From contig OZ287748.1 in NCBI GenBank assembly GCA_965649765.1, positions 48,856,001 through 48,920,000 of the forward strand: 64,000 nt of DNA, read 5' to 3'. Positions 1 through 13,318 of this stretch are shown piece after piece. The notes below the pieces were generated by a model. That model did not search any database. It saw only the letters and a list, made by a program, of their open reading frames with translations, and was not told the origin of the DNA. How positions within the stretch are numbered: the stretch's first letter is position 1; each line of letters opens with the position of its first letter. This DNA comes from Bispira polyomma. Lineage: Eukaryota. Made by a program: the position numbers and the translations under genes.

Positions 1-1329
1 TCACTTTTTTGTTTTAGCATAAAACTTGGCTAAGGCTCAAAAGTCTCAGATTTCAGACTATAAGCCTTAGACTGGCCATTCGCTGAGAACTTGCCCAGAA
101 CTTATAGTTACTGGTTTAACAAAATTGTGCACTACTGGGAATGTTTTATAAAATATCTACTGCTAGGGCAAACCAAAAAAATGCTGACTTAAAAATAGTT
201 TTGCTTAAAATCACTGCAGACCTTTGTATTTACATGTGAAGAATTCTACTAGACATCCATGGGGTGTGTAGTTGGTGAATGGTTTGCAGTAAATCACTAC
301 TAAGTGGACCAATAAATAGTCCACTCATTCTGAAAGCTCTGCAATATTAGGCATTTAATAGGTCCTGACATGCTATGGCCTGGTAATGTAAAACATAAAT
401 ATTGGGTAAAGATCTTACAACACTAAAGTCAAACTTGCTGATTGTCGTGTAACACATATCATACGGGTGTCTAATCTCAGACAGTGTTTTATAAGACACG
501 ACATATTTAATGTATTCCCTGTCTGGTTTAGAACACAGCGCCTGGAACAGAACTTTGAAATGTTTTTGTCAGGCACAGCCTCACATTGTTTTCACTCTGA
601 CAAGGGCCTCATCATTGAACAGGGCGCTACATCTTGGAAATAATATGTAAAGCCTTCATGGATTGATTGGAACGATCTACCCGTCCACACTGAGGGGTGT
701 CAGATTTATATTATCAGGCAATTATTGTGCGTAGCCTGATATTGCTGTCATGTTGAATATAGTACGACTGCCTTCATCGATTGGTTGAAAGCAATCGACC
801 TGGCCAAGCTGAGGAGTGTCAGCTTCATATTTCCCACACTATACACCTGTGTATAAAGACAACACTCTTGTTATATTACTATCAGGTTTTAAGTGAACAA
901 ATCAAATATAGATTCTTGTTCAAATACACCAGGTGCTGTCATCCGGTTTGTTTGTCTAGGTAGTCAAGTATAGTTGGTGACAGAAATACATTGTCAAACA
1001 ACGGAGGCTTCGCAACGTCTTAATGAAAGCAAAATTACCCAAAGTTAAAAATGTCAAAATACATTTTTAATTTGTAAAAACAGAACCGAGTCACAATTGA
1101 TGCAAAGTTATAGTAATTTTAGAGAAATACTAAAACATGCAATTAGGTGAACAAATAACAGGAAATAATTGACGTTAGATTTAATCATGTTTGCCATCGA
1201 AGTACATAGTGCCTGCGGATGTAATTTTGGCACAGACAAAAAATTACCTCAACTAAAACATTGGGTTACATCCAACTCAGAAAAACTAATGGAAACAGCG
1301 AAAAGATCACACTTCATAACCAATGTTGT

Positions 1330-1760
1330 TGGAATTAGGTTTGATACAATATTAAGACAGGTGAGAAAAGAATATTATACTTAGGACTTTGTCGGGTTAG
1401 AAAATAAAAAATGAAGACAAAAAAAACAAAAACATCTGAATTTGTCAATTTCGACAGGGAAAATTTGCTGACAATGTTTGTCAGATCTAGAAAGGTGCAA
1501 CAGCCGGATAGTGTAACTTTGGAGGACTTGCGTAACAATTTCTGAATGGAATTCTACAGTGCTTTAGGCCTATCTTGGTTCTTTTCCATGATATCTTCGT
1601 AATGCTTGCATCTGGTACTTTCAAGAAGCCAGTTTTACAACCTGTCAATACCCTCTTTTCACGATGCCGTGTTCAGTCTTATTTAGGTTTTTAAGCTTTT
1701 AGCAGTTAATACCTCATTAATACTGAAGTCTGTCTTTAAATGTATAAGTATTTTCTACTT
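1330..1760 (-). mobile_element. L2/CR1-group LINE ORF2 relic (EN-RT linker region)
   Basis: Minus-strand translation KHYEDIMEKNQDRPKAL*NSIQKLLRKSSKVTL...IVSKF resembles the L2 ORF2 linker; contains stops and frameshifts. Confidence 0.5.
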
Positions 1761-2199
1761 TTAAGTCATACGTGCTTGTTCAAAATGTCCAAAATGATAT
1801 TAAAATATTAATGGCTGAGGATCCTTGCAGTTTTACACAGACTTGGGCATTTTGTATTGTTCTTAATATCACTAAAGTATCTCCTCGTTTTCTTCAGCAA
1901 AACCAAAGCCGTTGCCAGTAACTACAGGAATACATAGCGATGATAGAGTACTTGGGGATAAGGCATACATTTAATGGGTAGGTATGCAGAACATACAAAG
2001 GGTGCCAAAGGTCTATGTATTTGTTTATTGCTTTATTCAAAGGTTTATTGTTGTCACTTCTGATAGTTTGGGCCACCTGAATGCTAATCTTCTCAAACCT
2101 CAAATTATTGGCGTCATTCGCCAACAAATCTCCCTTTGCCACCATTTTCATTGACCAGTCTTAGCCCAGTGTCCCATGTTACATATAACACAATTTAGC

Positions 2200-2835
2200 A
2201 CAGGGATATCATGGCTACAAATGCATTGGCTAGTCTCCTTGACTACTGCAATTCTCTCTTTAGAAGTCTTTCCAGAATAGATCGCAAGTTGCACTGCATA
2301 CAAAACAGCCTAGCCGGGATAGTAACAAAAAACACACCAAGTACACTCACATTACTGCTTTTTTTTAATCTTCCCTGGCTACCAGTGGAATACCGATCAG
2401 TCTTTAAAACAGCTAGTTTAGTTTTCTACATTCTTCCACAGTATTTCTGCCCATACCTATCTCATTCTACAAGTTTACACAATACTAGGCGAACTAGATC
2501 TGACAGAACATTTTTAAATGTTTCAATTTTTAAACGATCCGTTCATAAATCAATAAAAAATATTTTAATCATAGCTTTGCTTATGATGCGGCTACGGTGT
2601 GGTATGAATTGCTTCATGAAATTCGCCCTATCTATCTGTTTTAGACAAAAGCTCGATACCTATTTGTTCAGCAAGGCTTTTGCACCGTAGTTGGTTCGAC
2701 GCCCCCGTTGTCTACATGGTGTTGACCCATGCCTGTCTAACGGATACATGGACTATGATTATCGGTTTAAATTTGATATTCCTTTGAATCTGTTACTTTC
2801 AGAGATTAAGCGCTATAAAGGGTGTGATTGGGATT
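2200..2835 (+). mobile_element. L2 LINE 3' end fragment
   Basis: LLDYCNSLFRSL..KLHCIQNSLA..LPWLPVEYRSVFK is the L2 ORF2 C-terminal signature; ends in an L2-like tail agattaagcgctataaag..gattgggatt. Confidence 0.85.
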
Positions 2836-5039
2836 ACTACTTGTATACTTAATGGCAGAGTTACTTCCCACAGGTCTGTTGTACACTACGCCCACAAACC
2901 ATGAACTGTACACTAGACTAGCACCCAGTACACACACTAGGCTAGTATACAATTTCTGTCTTGGGGGCGCTAAGATGCGGGGGTGTACACCACCCCAGAC
3001 CTGCCACATATGGAATTCACTCCACTTCCAAGTGGATGGTTTTACATCAATGTCACATTAATATCCCGCCCTATTTCCGGCACTGGGGTCGAAAATTAGG
3101 CGTCATGCAAGACGGTGATTTGTTTGAAGGTTTGGTAAGAGGAATTCTGCTCTTTCCACTGGATCTGATATAATGCTACTCCAGTCAAGTTCCCGCCTCC
3201 TGCAAAGGTCACGTCTCCCCCAAACTCAGTCCTCCCCCCTCTCTACCTCAATGGACAATCTGCACACATGCAACAATTCTAGGCCCTCCTCTGGCGCGTG
3301 TAATTGTCCGATTGTGGGACAAATGAATGCAATTAATCCAATGTCTGGTCCTTATCTTGCTGCAAGCTACACGATTATAGCAGTTTTTACACTACTTCCA
3401 CTGGCGTGGATTTACAGATCGTAATGTGACAGAGGCCTGGACTGCGCTAGTCCTGTGATTGGTCCTGTGACTTTTGATGTGAGTTCCGGCTGATTAGCTC
3501 ACCACACACATACACACAATAGGGATTATTTACTGCACCACGCCACAAATCACTGCAGAGCTGGCCTTTTTGGAAGCAGGCACTTTATATTGATGTCAGC
3601 ACCTAACATTTTTGGTGACTGTTCAGCTCAATAAAACGAAGTGGTAAATGACAGGAGATTAAGTGCAATCAAAAACTGCTTTTCCCAGAGTGTGGTGCCT
3701 CAGTGTTAATGCCTTTGAGAGACTGGTATTAAGTACACATATCTCAGTCACTGACATCCTAAGCCCCAATACTGGATTGTGCTAAATACCCCAATGTGGG
3801 ATCGCTTGTCAGGACTCACTGACATCATATGGTTGAGTTACTCTGTAAGTATTCATTATTGTAAAAACTACAACATAGATATAGCATTCTAAAGCAACAT
3901 TAGCATAGTAATCAAAATAATTTGACAAGGCTGTGAAATAAAACTAGGGGAGAAATATTATATGTTACTGTAATGGAGTAAGCTCTAAGCAATGCGTCAA
4001 CAGCTTACGTCTGAGCATTGCTTTAACTTGATAATTTCATTTTTTGGCCTTAGCTTGAAATCACCCGGTTATAATGGTACATGCCATTTATGAACATAGG
4101 TAGAGAGGATTTTGTATTTGTTAAGGAAGTGGCCTGAATTAGCCTCTAATGGATGTGTTGTTCTGATTGATCCAAATTGCTGGCAGACAATTAATCAAGT
4201 TTGATTGTTTGAAGTATATATTGCACCACCATTAAGTGTAATTATGTATATAAGTGAATAGAAAAATTATCTAACTGGTGTATCTTTAAAAACAAATAGT
4301 CATGAAATTTGTTACTCCTCATATCTTTTATGCAAATTTCCGTTTCATCTTACCTGTAATTAGTCACCGTTTGGAACCATTAACAATAGAGATTGTTGTT
4401 TAATAGCATTGCTAAAGAACCATATCATTTATCATATAGAATAGATCATTAAGGTTCTGTCCACTCTACCATATTAACCACTTGTAGAGCATTAGGGTTT
4501 GTACAGTCGAAATTCATTGGGTGTTGTCAGGAGTATTATTTACGACTGGTAAATGTCGTTCTTGTAATTTTCAACAGTCGTATACACAACTTGTAACAAG
4601 AAAACCAAAGGCAGCATTTGTCTTAAATCTAGCATACGTTTGTGCACGACTTAGCCCTATGGTGATTACTGGCCCTAAAGAAGAAGACTTTAACCTTAGA
4701 TCAGTACGATCTCAAATAATTTTATACACGTCCATGAGCTCGTCACTAACTCTGTCACTACTTGCAATGAGTTGTACTATTGCAGCTCCTGAGAGTTCCG
4801 TTTGGTTGTACCTGAATGGTACCAGAACACAACATACACAAACAACATAATGGATTAAGACTTATTTGCATCTTGCATAGCGCTGACATCAAAATAGCTT
4901 TATCTGTATATGTTTGACAAAGTTTGTTTCAAGGCTACTACATTTAATTTGCTCTTAGATTTATATGACTCGATTATATACTTCTTGGCAGCTATAATTA
5001 GAGTATTTATTGGAATATAGTTTTGATCTTGTAAATGAT

Positions 5040-6500
5040 AACCGAGAATAATAATCAAATCTGTAAATTTTATTTTAAAATTGTTTTAGCCTACAATAAA
5101 TTTTTCTATTAAAATCCAAAAAGATTTAACCTCTTCACATTGGGTAAACATATGCAGAATGCTGTCGGGCATACTTTTACATCTAAGACAAAAAGGAGTT
5201 TAAGATAATCCCACTTTATATAAATATTGTTCTGTGCCCAAAACTCTATACAAAATTTTCATCTCAAACCATATCAGGTTATAGTTCAGGAGCTTTTTGA
5301 AATATGTTTTAAACGTTTGTATATATATTTAAGTCTGTACTCCACTTCTGTTTCATAATGTGGTCATTTTCTGTCTTTGATATTAAATGTTTATAAAAAA
5401 CACTAGCCCCCTTATTTAACTTGAATATTATCTTGACATGATTTGGAAGAAAAGGTCTTACTAAATTGTCATTTCCTAGTTCCTTGTAATTTTTTAGAAA
5501 TTTTTTGACATTTAGTTTTACTCGAAGGTAACTAAGAAAGAATATGTTATTCAGAATATATAGGTTCTGTAACTGATCACAGGTCGTGAATGTAGCGGTC
5601 TCATCTTAAACATCACCAATTGTTGCTATACCTTTAGAATACCAATTCGGAAAGAATAAGGATTCATTTGATATTTTATTATTGTACCATATTGGAGTTG
5701 TTTGCAAATTGTTATTAGATTCAATCACTTGACTATTTAAAACGTTATACCATGCATCAAAAGCATTAAGCCAGAATTTATTTGAGGTTATTTTTTTCAT
5801 AGTTTTGATATATTCAGGCCCAAGGGTTGAAATTTTGTCTAGTCTGGGATTTATTAAAGCTTAAAATAGTTTCTTTCACAGAGTATTGTTTTGCCTGAGG
5901 AGTCTACGAAGCCAAGTTGTTTTGAGGTAACTTATAAACAACACCTCATTTTTAATCCACCTAAACTATTTTCCATCATTAGCGTCTTTCTGTTCATTTT
6001 GTCAGGTTTATTTAAACGAAAATAAATTTAAATAATAAATCATTTAACTGCTTAATCCATGTTTCAATTGGATTCGGTACGGTTAAGAACAGATGATTTA
6101 ATTTTGCCATAAAAAATGTCTTTATAACAGTGGCCTTGCTTCAGGGGTGTCAGATGTCTCAGACTCCATATGTTGATAAATTCTTTAATTTCCAATATTT
6201 TTTCAGTAAAATTCAGTTCTGGCATTTTATCAAGATTGACAGAAAAGTCAATCCTAAGAGGTCAAATTGAGTACATCCCCATTGAATCCCTTTAACAATT
6301 AGTTTTCCTTTATAATGTTTTTCTTCCCTGTCCAAATTATTTGTTATTTGATCTTTGTTGACCTTTTTGGGTAGAAATGGAACCAAAAATCTCAAATATG
6401 CAAAGTGCAGCTTGTAGAGAGGAATATCAACCATCTAAGAATAAGGTTGTATCATCAGCATATTGTGTAATTTTGAATTCCAACCCCTTTACAGTTGTTG
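5040..6500 (-). mobile_element. Tx1/L1-clade LINE ORF2 relic (RT C-terminal half)
   Basis: EFKITQYADDTTLFLD (YADD at 6451-6462), KLNHLFLTVPNP and NKFWLNAFDAW..PIWYNNKI..WYSKGI are typical L1/Tx1 motifs; frameshifted. Confidence 0.8.
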
Positions 6501-6763
6501 AAATAAGTATAGATTGTATTTGGCTTCTATTCAAACAGAAGAAAAATTGAAGAAACTATGGCAACGATGGCTTCCATTATTTCAACAATAATGTGTGCCA
6601 TCTAAATAAAATCTTTTATGAATATCTCAGGGTTTCCATTGGGGGTACATAACATAGATATATAGTAAAGAATAAGAATTACTGTTATAAAATGAAACAA
6701 TTTTGTAATTTGTGTATGACATTATAAAAGTAAGAATTAGATTGTAAAATTCTTTGTAAATTA

Positions 6764-7372
6764 AGCTGTTCCGCTGGTAGGGTTTCAGATACTTATCTGT
6801 AAACTCCACCCACCTGCGCAGTGACAGAGATACTTAACTATTTTGCTACCAGTCGCACAGGAAAAATAAGTATCTAGAGTCGAAGGCAAACGAAAATTTG
6901 CGAAAAACAGACTTAAAGTATACCACATGCATGATGGGCGATATAGCAATATTTTACAAAAAAAACAAAAAACTATACTTTTCGAAATGCTAACCTATTT
7001 GATTAATAATGCAGCCATATAATATTCAGCCATATAAAAATATTCACGCAAATCTGTGTACATTTAAGGGCATATTAAATTATATTATTATTATTATTAT
7101 ATAAAACATAACACATGGTGGTTGCTTAGTCGAAAATCAAAGACAACTAAATATCCTTATATGGAAGTTAAAACTTCAGAGCGCTCTCTACTGAAACTTA
7201 TCACAACCTTATAATTTCAAGGCAGTCACATGGTTTATTTAGAAAGTTAACCACCGAGATATGTGTATAACTTTGGTACTTATCTTTTTTTGAATATTGA
7301 TCAGACGAACGGTTAGAGATACTTATCTTTCTTTAAATAAGATAGATATCTTTCTTACCAGTCGAACGTGGC
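6764..7372. mobile_element. Non-autonomous DNA transposon (PIF/Harbinger-like MITE), copy 1
   Basis: Imperfect ~35 bp TIRs (GCTGTTCCGCTGGTAG..AGATACTTATCT / ..TACCAGTCGAACGTGGC) with TTA/TAA flanks; full-length second copy at 53553-54144. Confidence 0.8.
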
Positions 7373-7789
7373 TAATGTTTAATGTGTCCAATATTATCAA
7401 TGTAGTTGACATTTATATTCAACATATTGTGACTAATGTAAATTTTTATGTTAATTGTTTCCTTTATGATTAAATATTGTAAAATATAGATATGGGAAAT
7501 AATTTAAAAAAATAGCTTTATATAATGTACAAATCACTTGAGTTTAATCTTAATATTTAATCTTTATGTTTAATTCTAATGTACAATCACTTATGTCACA
7601 AGAATATGCTCAAATCATCTATTTATTGATAATAAGAATATGCGATCCTTAGCTGTAATATCATATTTGTATAAATGTATTTTATTATTTTTATTATTAT
7701 TATTATGTATTATTAACACGCTTTATTGATGTTATACATCTTTTAAAGCGCAACAACAACTTTACATTAAAGGAGAACAAAAAATTGTT

Positions 7790-8690
7790 CCAGTGAGGGA
7801 GTCTATAGTCTAAGTATGTCTATGGTCAGGGTGTGTTAATTGTGGTCCACATTTAGCCCCAGTGAGGGAGTCTTATAGTCTATGGTCAGGGTGTGTTAAT
7901 TGTGGCCCACATTTATCCCCAGTGAGGGAGTATTATAGTCTCAGTATGTCTATGGTCAGGGTGTGTTAATTGTGGTCCACATTTAGCCCCAGTAAGGGAG
8001 TCTTATAATCTCAGTATGTCTATGGTCAGGGTGTGTTAATTGTGGTCCACATTTAGCCCCAGTGAGGGAGTCTTATAGTCTCAGTATGTCTATAGTAAAG
8101 GTGTGTTAATTGTGGTCCACATTTAGCCCCAGTGAGGGAGTCTTATAGTCTCAGTATGTCTATGGTCAGAGTGTGTTAATTGTGGTCCACATTTAGCCCC
8201 AGTGAGGGAGTCTTATAGTCTCAGTATGTCTATGGTCAGGGTGTGTTAATTGTGGTCCACATTTAGCCCCAGTGAGGGAATTTTATAGTCTCAGTATGTC
8301 TATAGTAAAGGTGTGTTAATTGTGGCCCACATTTAGCTTCAGTAAGGGGGTCTTGTAGTCTCAATATGTCTATGGTCAAGATGTGTTAATTGTGGTTCAC
8401 ATTTAGCCCCAGTGAGGGAGCCTCATGGTCTCAGTATGTCTATAGTAAAGATGTGTTAATTGTGGTCCACATTTACCTCCAGTGAGGGAGCTTTATATTC
8501 TCAGTATGTCTATAGTAAAGGTGTGTTAATTGTGGCCCACATTTAGTTTCAGTGAGGGTGTCTTATAGTCTCAGTATGTCCATGGTCAGAGTGTGTTAAT
8601 TGCGGTTCACATTTAGCCCCAGCGGGGGAGCCTCATAGTCTCAGTATGTCTATGGTCAGAGTGTGTTATTTGTGGTCCACATTTAGCCAA
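7790..8690. repeat. Minisatellite, 70 bp unit, ~13 copies
   Basis: Unit cagtgagggagtcttatagtctcagtatgtctatggtcagggtgtgttaattgtggtccacatttagccc. Confidence 0.95.
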
Positions 8691-9474
8691 TGATACTGTT
8701 GCTACAAAGTATATTAGGTAAGTAATCATCAGTAACATGTTAACACTGTTATCTGGAGACAGTAAAACCTATAACTAATAAACTAACTGTCATTTTCCAA
8801 GGGGATTATTCTATTGAATAAGCATCACCATTAACGACCCACTCTTACCATATGACATGATGTTATCTCATAAAAAATAGTAATAACACAATTTTGCATC
8901 GGCGTTATAGGTTTTTAGAAGTATTTAATAAATCATTATCAGATTCATGCTGCTTAAAATCTAAAGCACCCTACAAAATCAGATCAGTCTTTGTCACTTG
9001 ACATTTATAGTATTATTTTGACTTTTAGCTTAGGAGGTAAAAAAATCTATGATTCTGCTAAACATATAAAACCCCCATTTTTTCTACTTTCGCAATGTGT
9101 ACTCTTTTTTTATTCATTGGTTGTATGGTTGGCTAATTGGTTTACCATCTCTAATCAATAGGTGTTTGTTTAATTTAGCACCTACAAACCATTACCTAAA
9201 TTGATGGTGTTTCCGTGTTGCCCTGAGAAGTTCCTTGTTTGCAAAGATACAAAAATGTCAATAACATTTTGACAGATATCAGCGGCAATGTCAATGAAAC
9301 CACACTGTGTCATAACATACAGTAATATGGCTTATGTTATTAAACAATGTCAGTGAGGCCATTCGTGGTGGACAGCAATAAATATGGTTATTACACCTAA
9401 TCACTCTATAAAATTCATTTTAAAGGAATTATTTCCCATTATAACATCCATATAACGGGGGGGGGGGGGGGGGG

Positions 9475-9691
9475 TGTCATTAATATAATATTGTGGTTTA
9501 ATTGGGGAATACCAAATAAAATTTTACTTAACAACAAGAATCTATGTTATTAATAACACAAACATAATAGAAAGAAATTTAAATTAATTTATTTATCTTT
9601 TTTTATTTTTTTTTTTATTTATTTTTTTTTCTTTCTTGTCATTAAATTGGTACGCCTGGGCATACTGGCGTTAATGGTAGCTATGCCCCTG
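9475..9691 (-). mobile_element. hAT-like non-autonomous element end, copy 1
   Basis: Near-identical to 16329-16563; its terminus reads CAGGGGC(A/G)TAGC on the minus strand, a common hAT-type TIR. Confidence 0.6.
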
Positions 9692-9729
9692 TTAAGAATA
9701 AAAATCCTTGTAATGTCAAAGTTGTAAAA

Positions 9730-11864
9730 ATGTACAGTGATGGTCAGTTGCCCCAGGTGGGGTCATATGTGTATAAAAACAAAGTTTCAGGTATTGCATG
9801 TCATGACCTCCGTGCAAGGTTGCACACAAAATCCAACAGCTATGTCAACAAACCCAGATTTAAAAACCCTGGCCTCATGCACAAAACACTAGTGTCACCA
9901 AAACCTAAAAACAACACTCGCTATATCAACAACCCACAATGGGTTCTTACCACTTCTAAAAAGTTCACACCTCTAGAGGACAATGGTCCAACTGTTAATA
10001 GCTGGGCCAGTGATGTCACTGACAAAACACAATGTACTGACCCACACGTAGTCTCACAAAGTATCCAAGCTAAAACAGGCAGTACCAGTTGTGTAAATAG
10101 TCAGAGACAGGTAAACGCAGACAAATATGACTTGGAATTACAGGTGAAATCCAAGAGTAGGGAACTCATTAAGCAAGAGCGTGAGGTACCTCAGTTCCAG
10201 CAGTGGGACGCCCAGAACACGGATAAGTATGGTTTCATTCCGTTAAGCGAACTTCGTCTTCCTGAAACAGATAAGCGAATTTGTTCAGAGGAAACATTGT
10301 TGAAATTATATAGTGTGATCAAAGACCAAAATTGTCCTAACTTCATGGGCTCACAAATTCAAATCAATTCGGAACTAAAACCGGATATTTGGCAAAAATA
10401 CTTAGTGGATTATTGGGACAAGCAGTTACCACTGTTAATACGCTATGGTTTTCCGCTTGATTTCTGGATGACGTCAAGGCGTACTTGGCTGAAGAAACAC
10501 AACTAGGTGCTATGCTAGGCCCTTTTGAACATATTCCAATTGACAACATTCACATTTCCCCTTTTATGACTAGGGAGAAACCTGGGGGGCTCATAGACGA
10601 GTCATAATCGACTTGAGTTTTCCTCACGGGGAGTCAGTAAACTCAGCAGTGGCCAAAGACAAATATTTAGACACCTCTTTCACTCTTACTCTTCCCACTA
10701 TTGATACCATTACCAATAAAATATCACGCCTAGGTCGTGGTACCTTAACATATAAAATTGACGTCAGTCGCGCGTTCTGTCATGTAAAGATGGACCCGGC
10801 TGACTACAACCTGTTAGGACTTAAACTTGAGCACTATTATGTAGATTCCTGCCTGCCGTTCGGTTTTCGGCACAGATGTGCCATATTTCAACGTCTCAGC
10901 GACGTCGTTAGATATATTATGAAAAATCACGGCCATGACGTCACAAATTACATTGACGACATAATCGGGTACGGTGATGTCATAGAAAGTGAGCGTTTAT
11001 TCAAAATTTTGTATAACCTTCTACACGAGTTGGGCTTTGCCTTGAGTGAGGCTTGTACAGCCTAGCACAGCAGTAATTTGCCTCGGGGTGTTAGTTGATA
11101 CAGTTGAGTTAACAGTCTCTTTACCTGAGGAAAAGCTTACCGAAAATAATGTTCTAGTTGAAGAATGGCATCACAAAAATACCTGCACAAAGCGAGAACT
11201 CCAATCCCTTCTAGGCAAACTACTATACATTTCCAAATGTGTGAGGGTTTCACGGGTATTTCTCAATTGAATGCTTGATGTGCTGAGGTCTGCAGGGGCA
11301 AATCAAAAAGTTGAGCTTACCCCCGAGTTCCACCAGGATGTAAACTGGTTTAAGCAATTTTTACCTAAATTCAATGTTAAGGTCTTCTTTGAACATGATC
11401 CAACCACTGATTGCATACAATTGGATGCCTGCCTACAGGGGATGGGGGGTCGTTGCAACAACGACGTGTATGAATTTCAGATTCCCTTGGGTTACCTTAA
11501 TATGACAATAGTACATTTAAAAATGCTTAACATTTTGGTAGCCATCAGACTCTGGAAATCAACCTGGCAGGGCAAACGTTTAATACTGCAGTGTGATAAT
11601 GCAGCAGTGGTCACCATTTTAAATTCAGGAAAGACCAAAGACTTGACCATGGCAGCAATTGCCTGTAATATTTTTATGGAAGTGGCCTCGGTTGATATTA
11701 GTCTCAAAACTATGCACATTTTGGGCAGACTGAATACAGTGGCTGACCTCTTGTCGAGATGGCACCTTACAGTAGATAGTGACAAAAAATTATCAGAAAT
11801 ACTACCTAATCCAAAGTGGGCAACAATTAAGCCCCACATGCTAGAAGTAGACTGGTCTATTTAA
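9730..11864 (+). pseudogene. Ngaro-like pol (reverse transcriptase + RNase H), disrupted
   Basis: GFPLDF, LGAMLGPF, SPFMTREKP, RVIIDLSFP, KIDVSRAF, LPFG, NYIDD, LQSLLGKL, RNaseH DAC..GMGG, CDNAAVV, NTVADLLSR; split across four ORFs by frameshifts and stops. Confidence 0.93.
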
Positions 11865-12838
11865 TTTACAGATGTACCCTCTCAGTTAAGAAAGATAACC
11901 ACACAAGCTGCAAACAGAACTTACCAGGCTTTCAGACCAGCCACTGAGAGGGCTTATACAAACATGTTTAGGAGTTTCTTAGCCTTCTGCAGTTTTGCTC
12001 AGGTCAGACCTCAACTTATTACCCCCTCAATTATTCTTTCATTTCTAGAAGTTCTAGTAGTCAACCAAGTTTCCACTCCTTCCACAGCAAATTATCTCTC
12101 TGCAGTTAAAGCCAAAATGGCCTTATATGGCCTTGATGTCACTGTTTTTTCAGATCCCAGAATTCAGTACTACCAGAAGGCCTTAGTCCTCAATAGCCCC
12201 TTCAGGGCAAAAATTAAAGCAGTCATTGATATACCGCTTCTTCAGCAAATGATTCAAATATGTGACAGCATGTACATGGGACTAAATTTTAAAGCCCTGT
12301 ATTTCATAGCCTTTTTCTCATTTCTCAGAATATCAAACCTAGTACCCCATTCTGCTGCACAGTTCTCCCCTCTAGTTCAGCTGGCCCGAGGGGACGTGCT
12401 ATTTGCTCCTCCTGGCCTCCACATTATCATTAAATGGTCTAAAACCCTTCAGTCAAAAAATGTTATCAAAGTATTGAAAATTCCTACCCTAAATGGGTCC
12501 CCTTTGTGTCCGGTGGCAGCCACTAGGATCTTACTAGCAGTTACACTGGGGCATAAACACTCCCCTCTCTTTTAAATCAAAAAAGATCGGAAATGGCATC
12601 CCATGATTGATACCCAGGTCAGAAAAAACCTCTCCAACAATCTGCTATATCCTTCCACACCTTCCGTCGTTCAGGTACCACTCTGGCTTTTAATAGTAAC
12701 GTACCAATTCAAGACATACAGAGTAATGGCACCTGGACGTCGGACTGTGTGTTGAAGTATATCGTTCAGGACCACAATGCCTCTGAGCAGGTGGCCCTCT
12801 CCTTCAAGGCCCTACTTTCTAAACCCACTACCTCCTAA
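11865..12838 (+). pseudogene. Tyrosine recombinase of Ngaro-like element, disrupted
   Basis: FFSFLRISNL (catalytic R), KWSKT, LCPV, then after a premature TAA at 12573 and a deletion HTFRRSG..GTWTSDCVLKY; ends with TAA at 12838. Confidence 0.92.
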
Positions 12839-12848
12839 TTGGGCTTTG

Positions 12849-13318
12849 GGGCTTTATTTACATACTTTTACATTATTAATATATACTTAAATGTTAAATA
12901 TAAATATTTTGGGCCACCTTAACACCTTATTTAATCTTAAATCTTTTATATACAGTTAATCTATTTCCTTTGGCAACCTTAAAGAAAACCTAAGGTTACC
13001 TCATCAAAATCTAAGCCTAACTTTATGTTAGGGCTAACCTTAAATTCATTAACTTATACTCAATTTTAGGTAACCCTAACTTCAAGCTAGGGTTACCCTA
13101 AACTCAAAATTCTTCTCTACCTTAACCTGGAAACTTTCAGGCTAAGGTCACCTTAACTCTCAAATTTTAAAAACTTTCCTCATGCTAAGGTGGCCCTAAA
13201 CTCAGTGTGTAAATAAATATTAGATATAACATAGAAACATTAAACTAATATCCCCAACTCTGCCTTTTTTACTTACCTGTTTTACATCATAGCTCAACTT
13301 CTCTTGGTAGGGCACTGT
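12849..13318 (+). repeat. Split direct repeat B1 of Ngaro-like element
   Basis: Direct copy of 14449-14889, starting immediately after the YR stop. Confidence 0.85.

Noticed and set aside
4521-4850. 109 aa plus-strand ORF
   Set aside because: GTG start, no recognisable motifs or splice context; the opposite strand looks more exon-like
9457-9474. Poly-G tracts (also 24834-24854 and 40795-40812) as functional G-quadruplexes
   Set aside because: Simple homopolymers inside TE remnants with no supporting context
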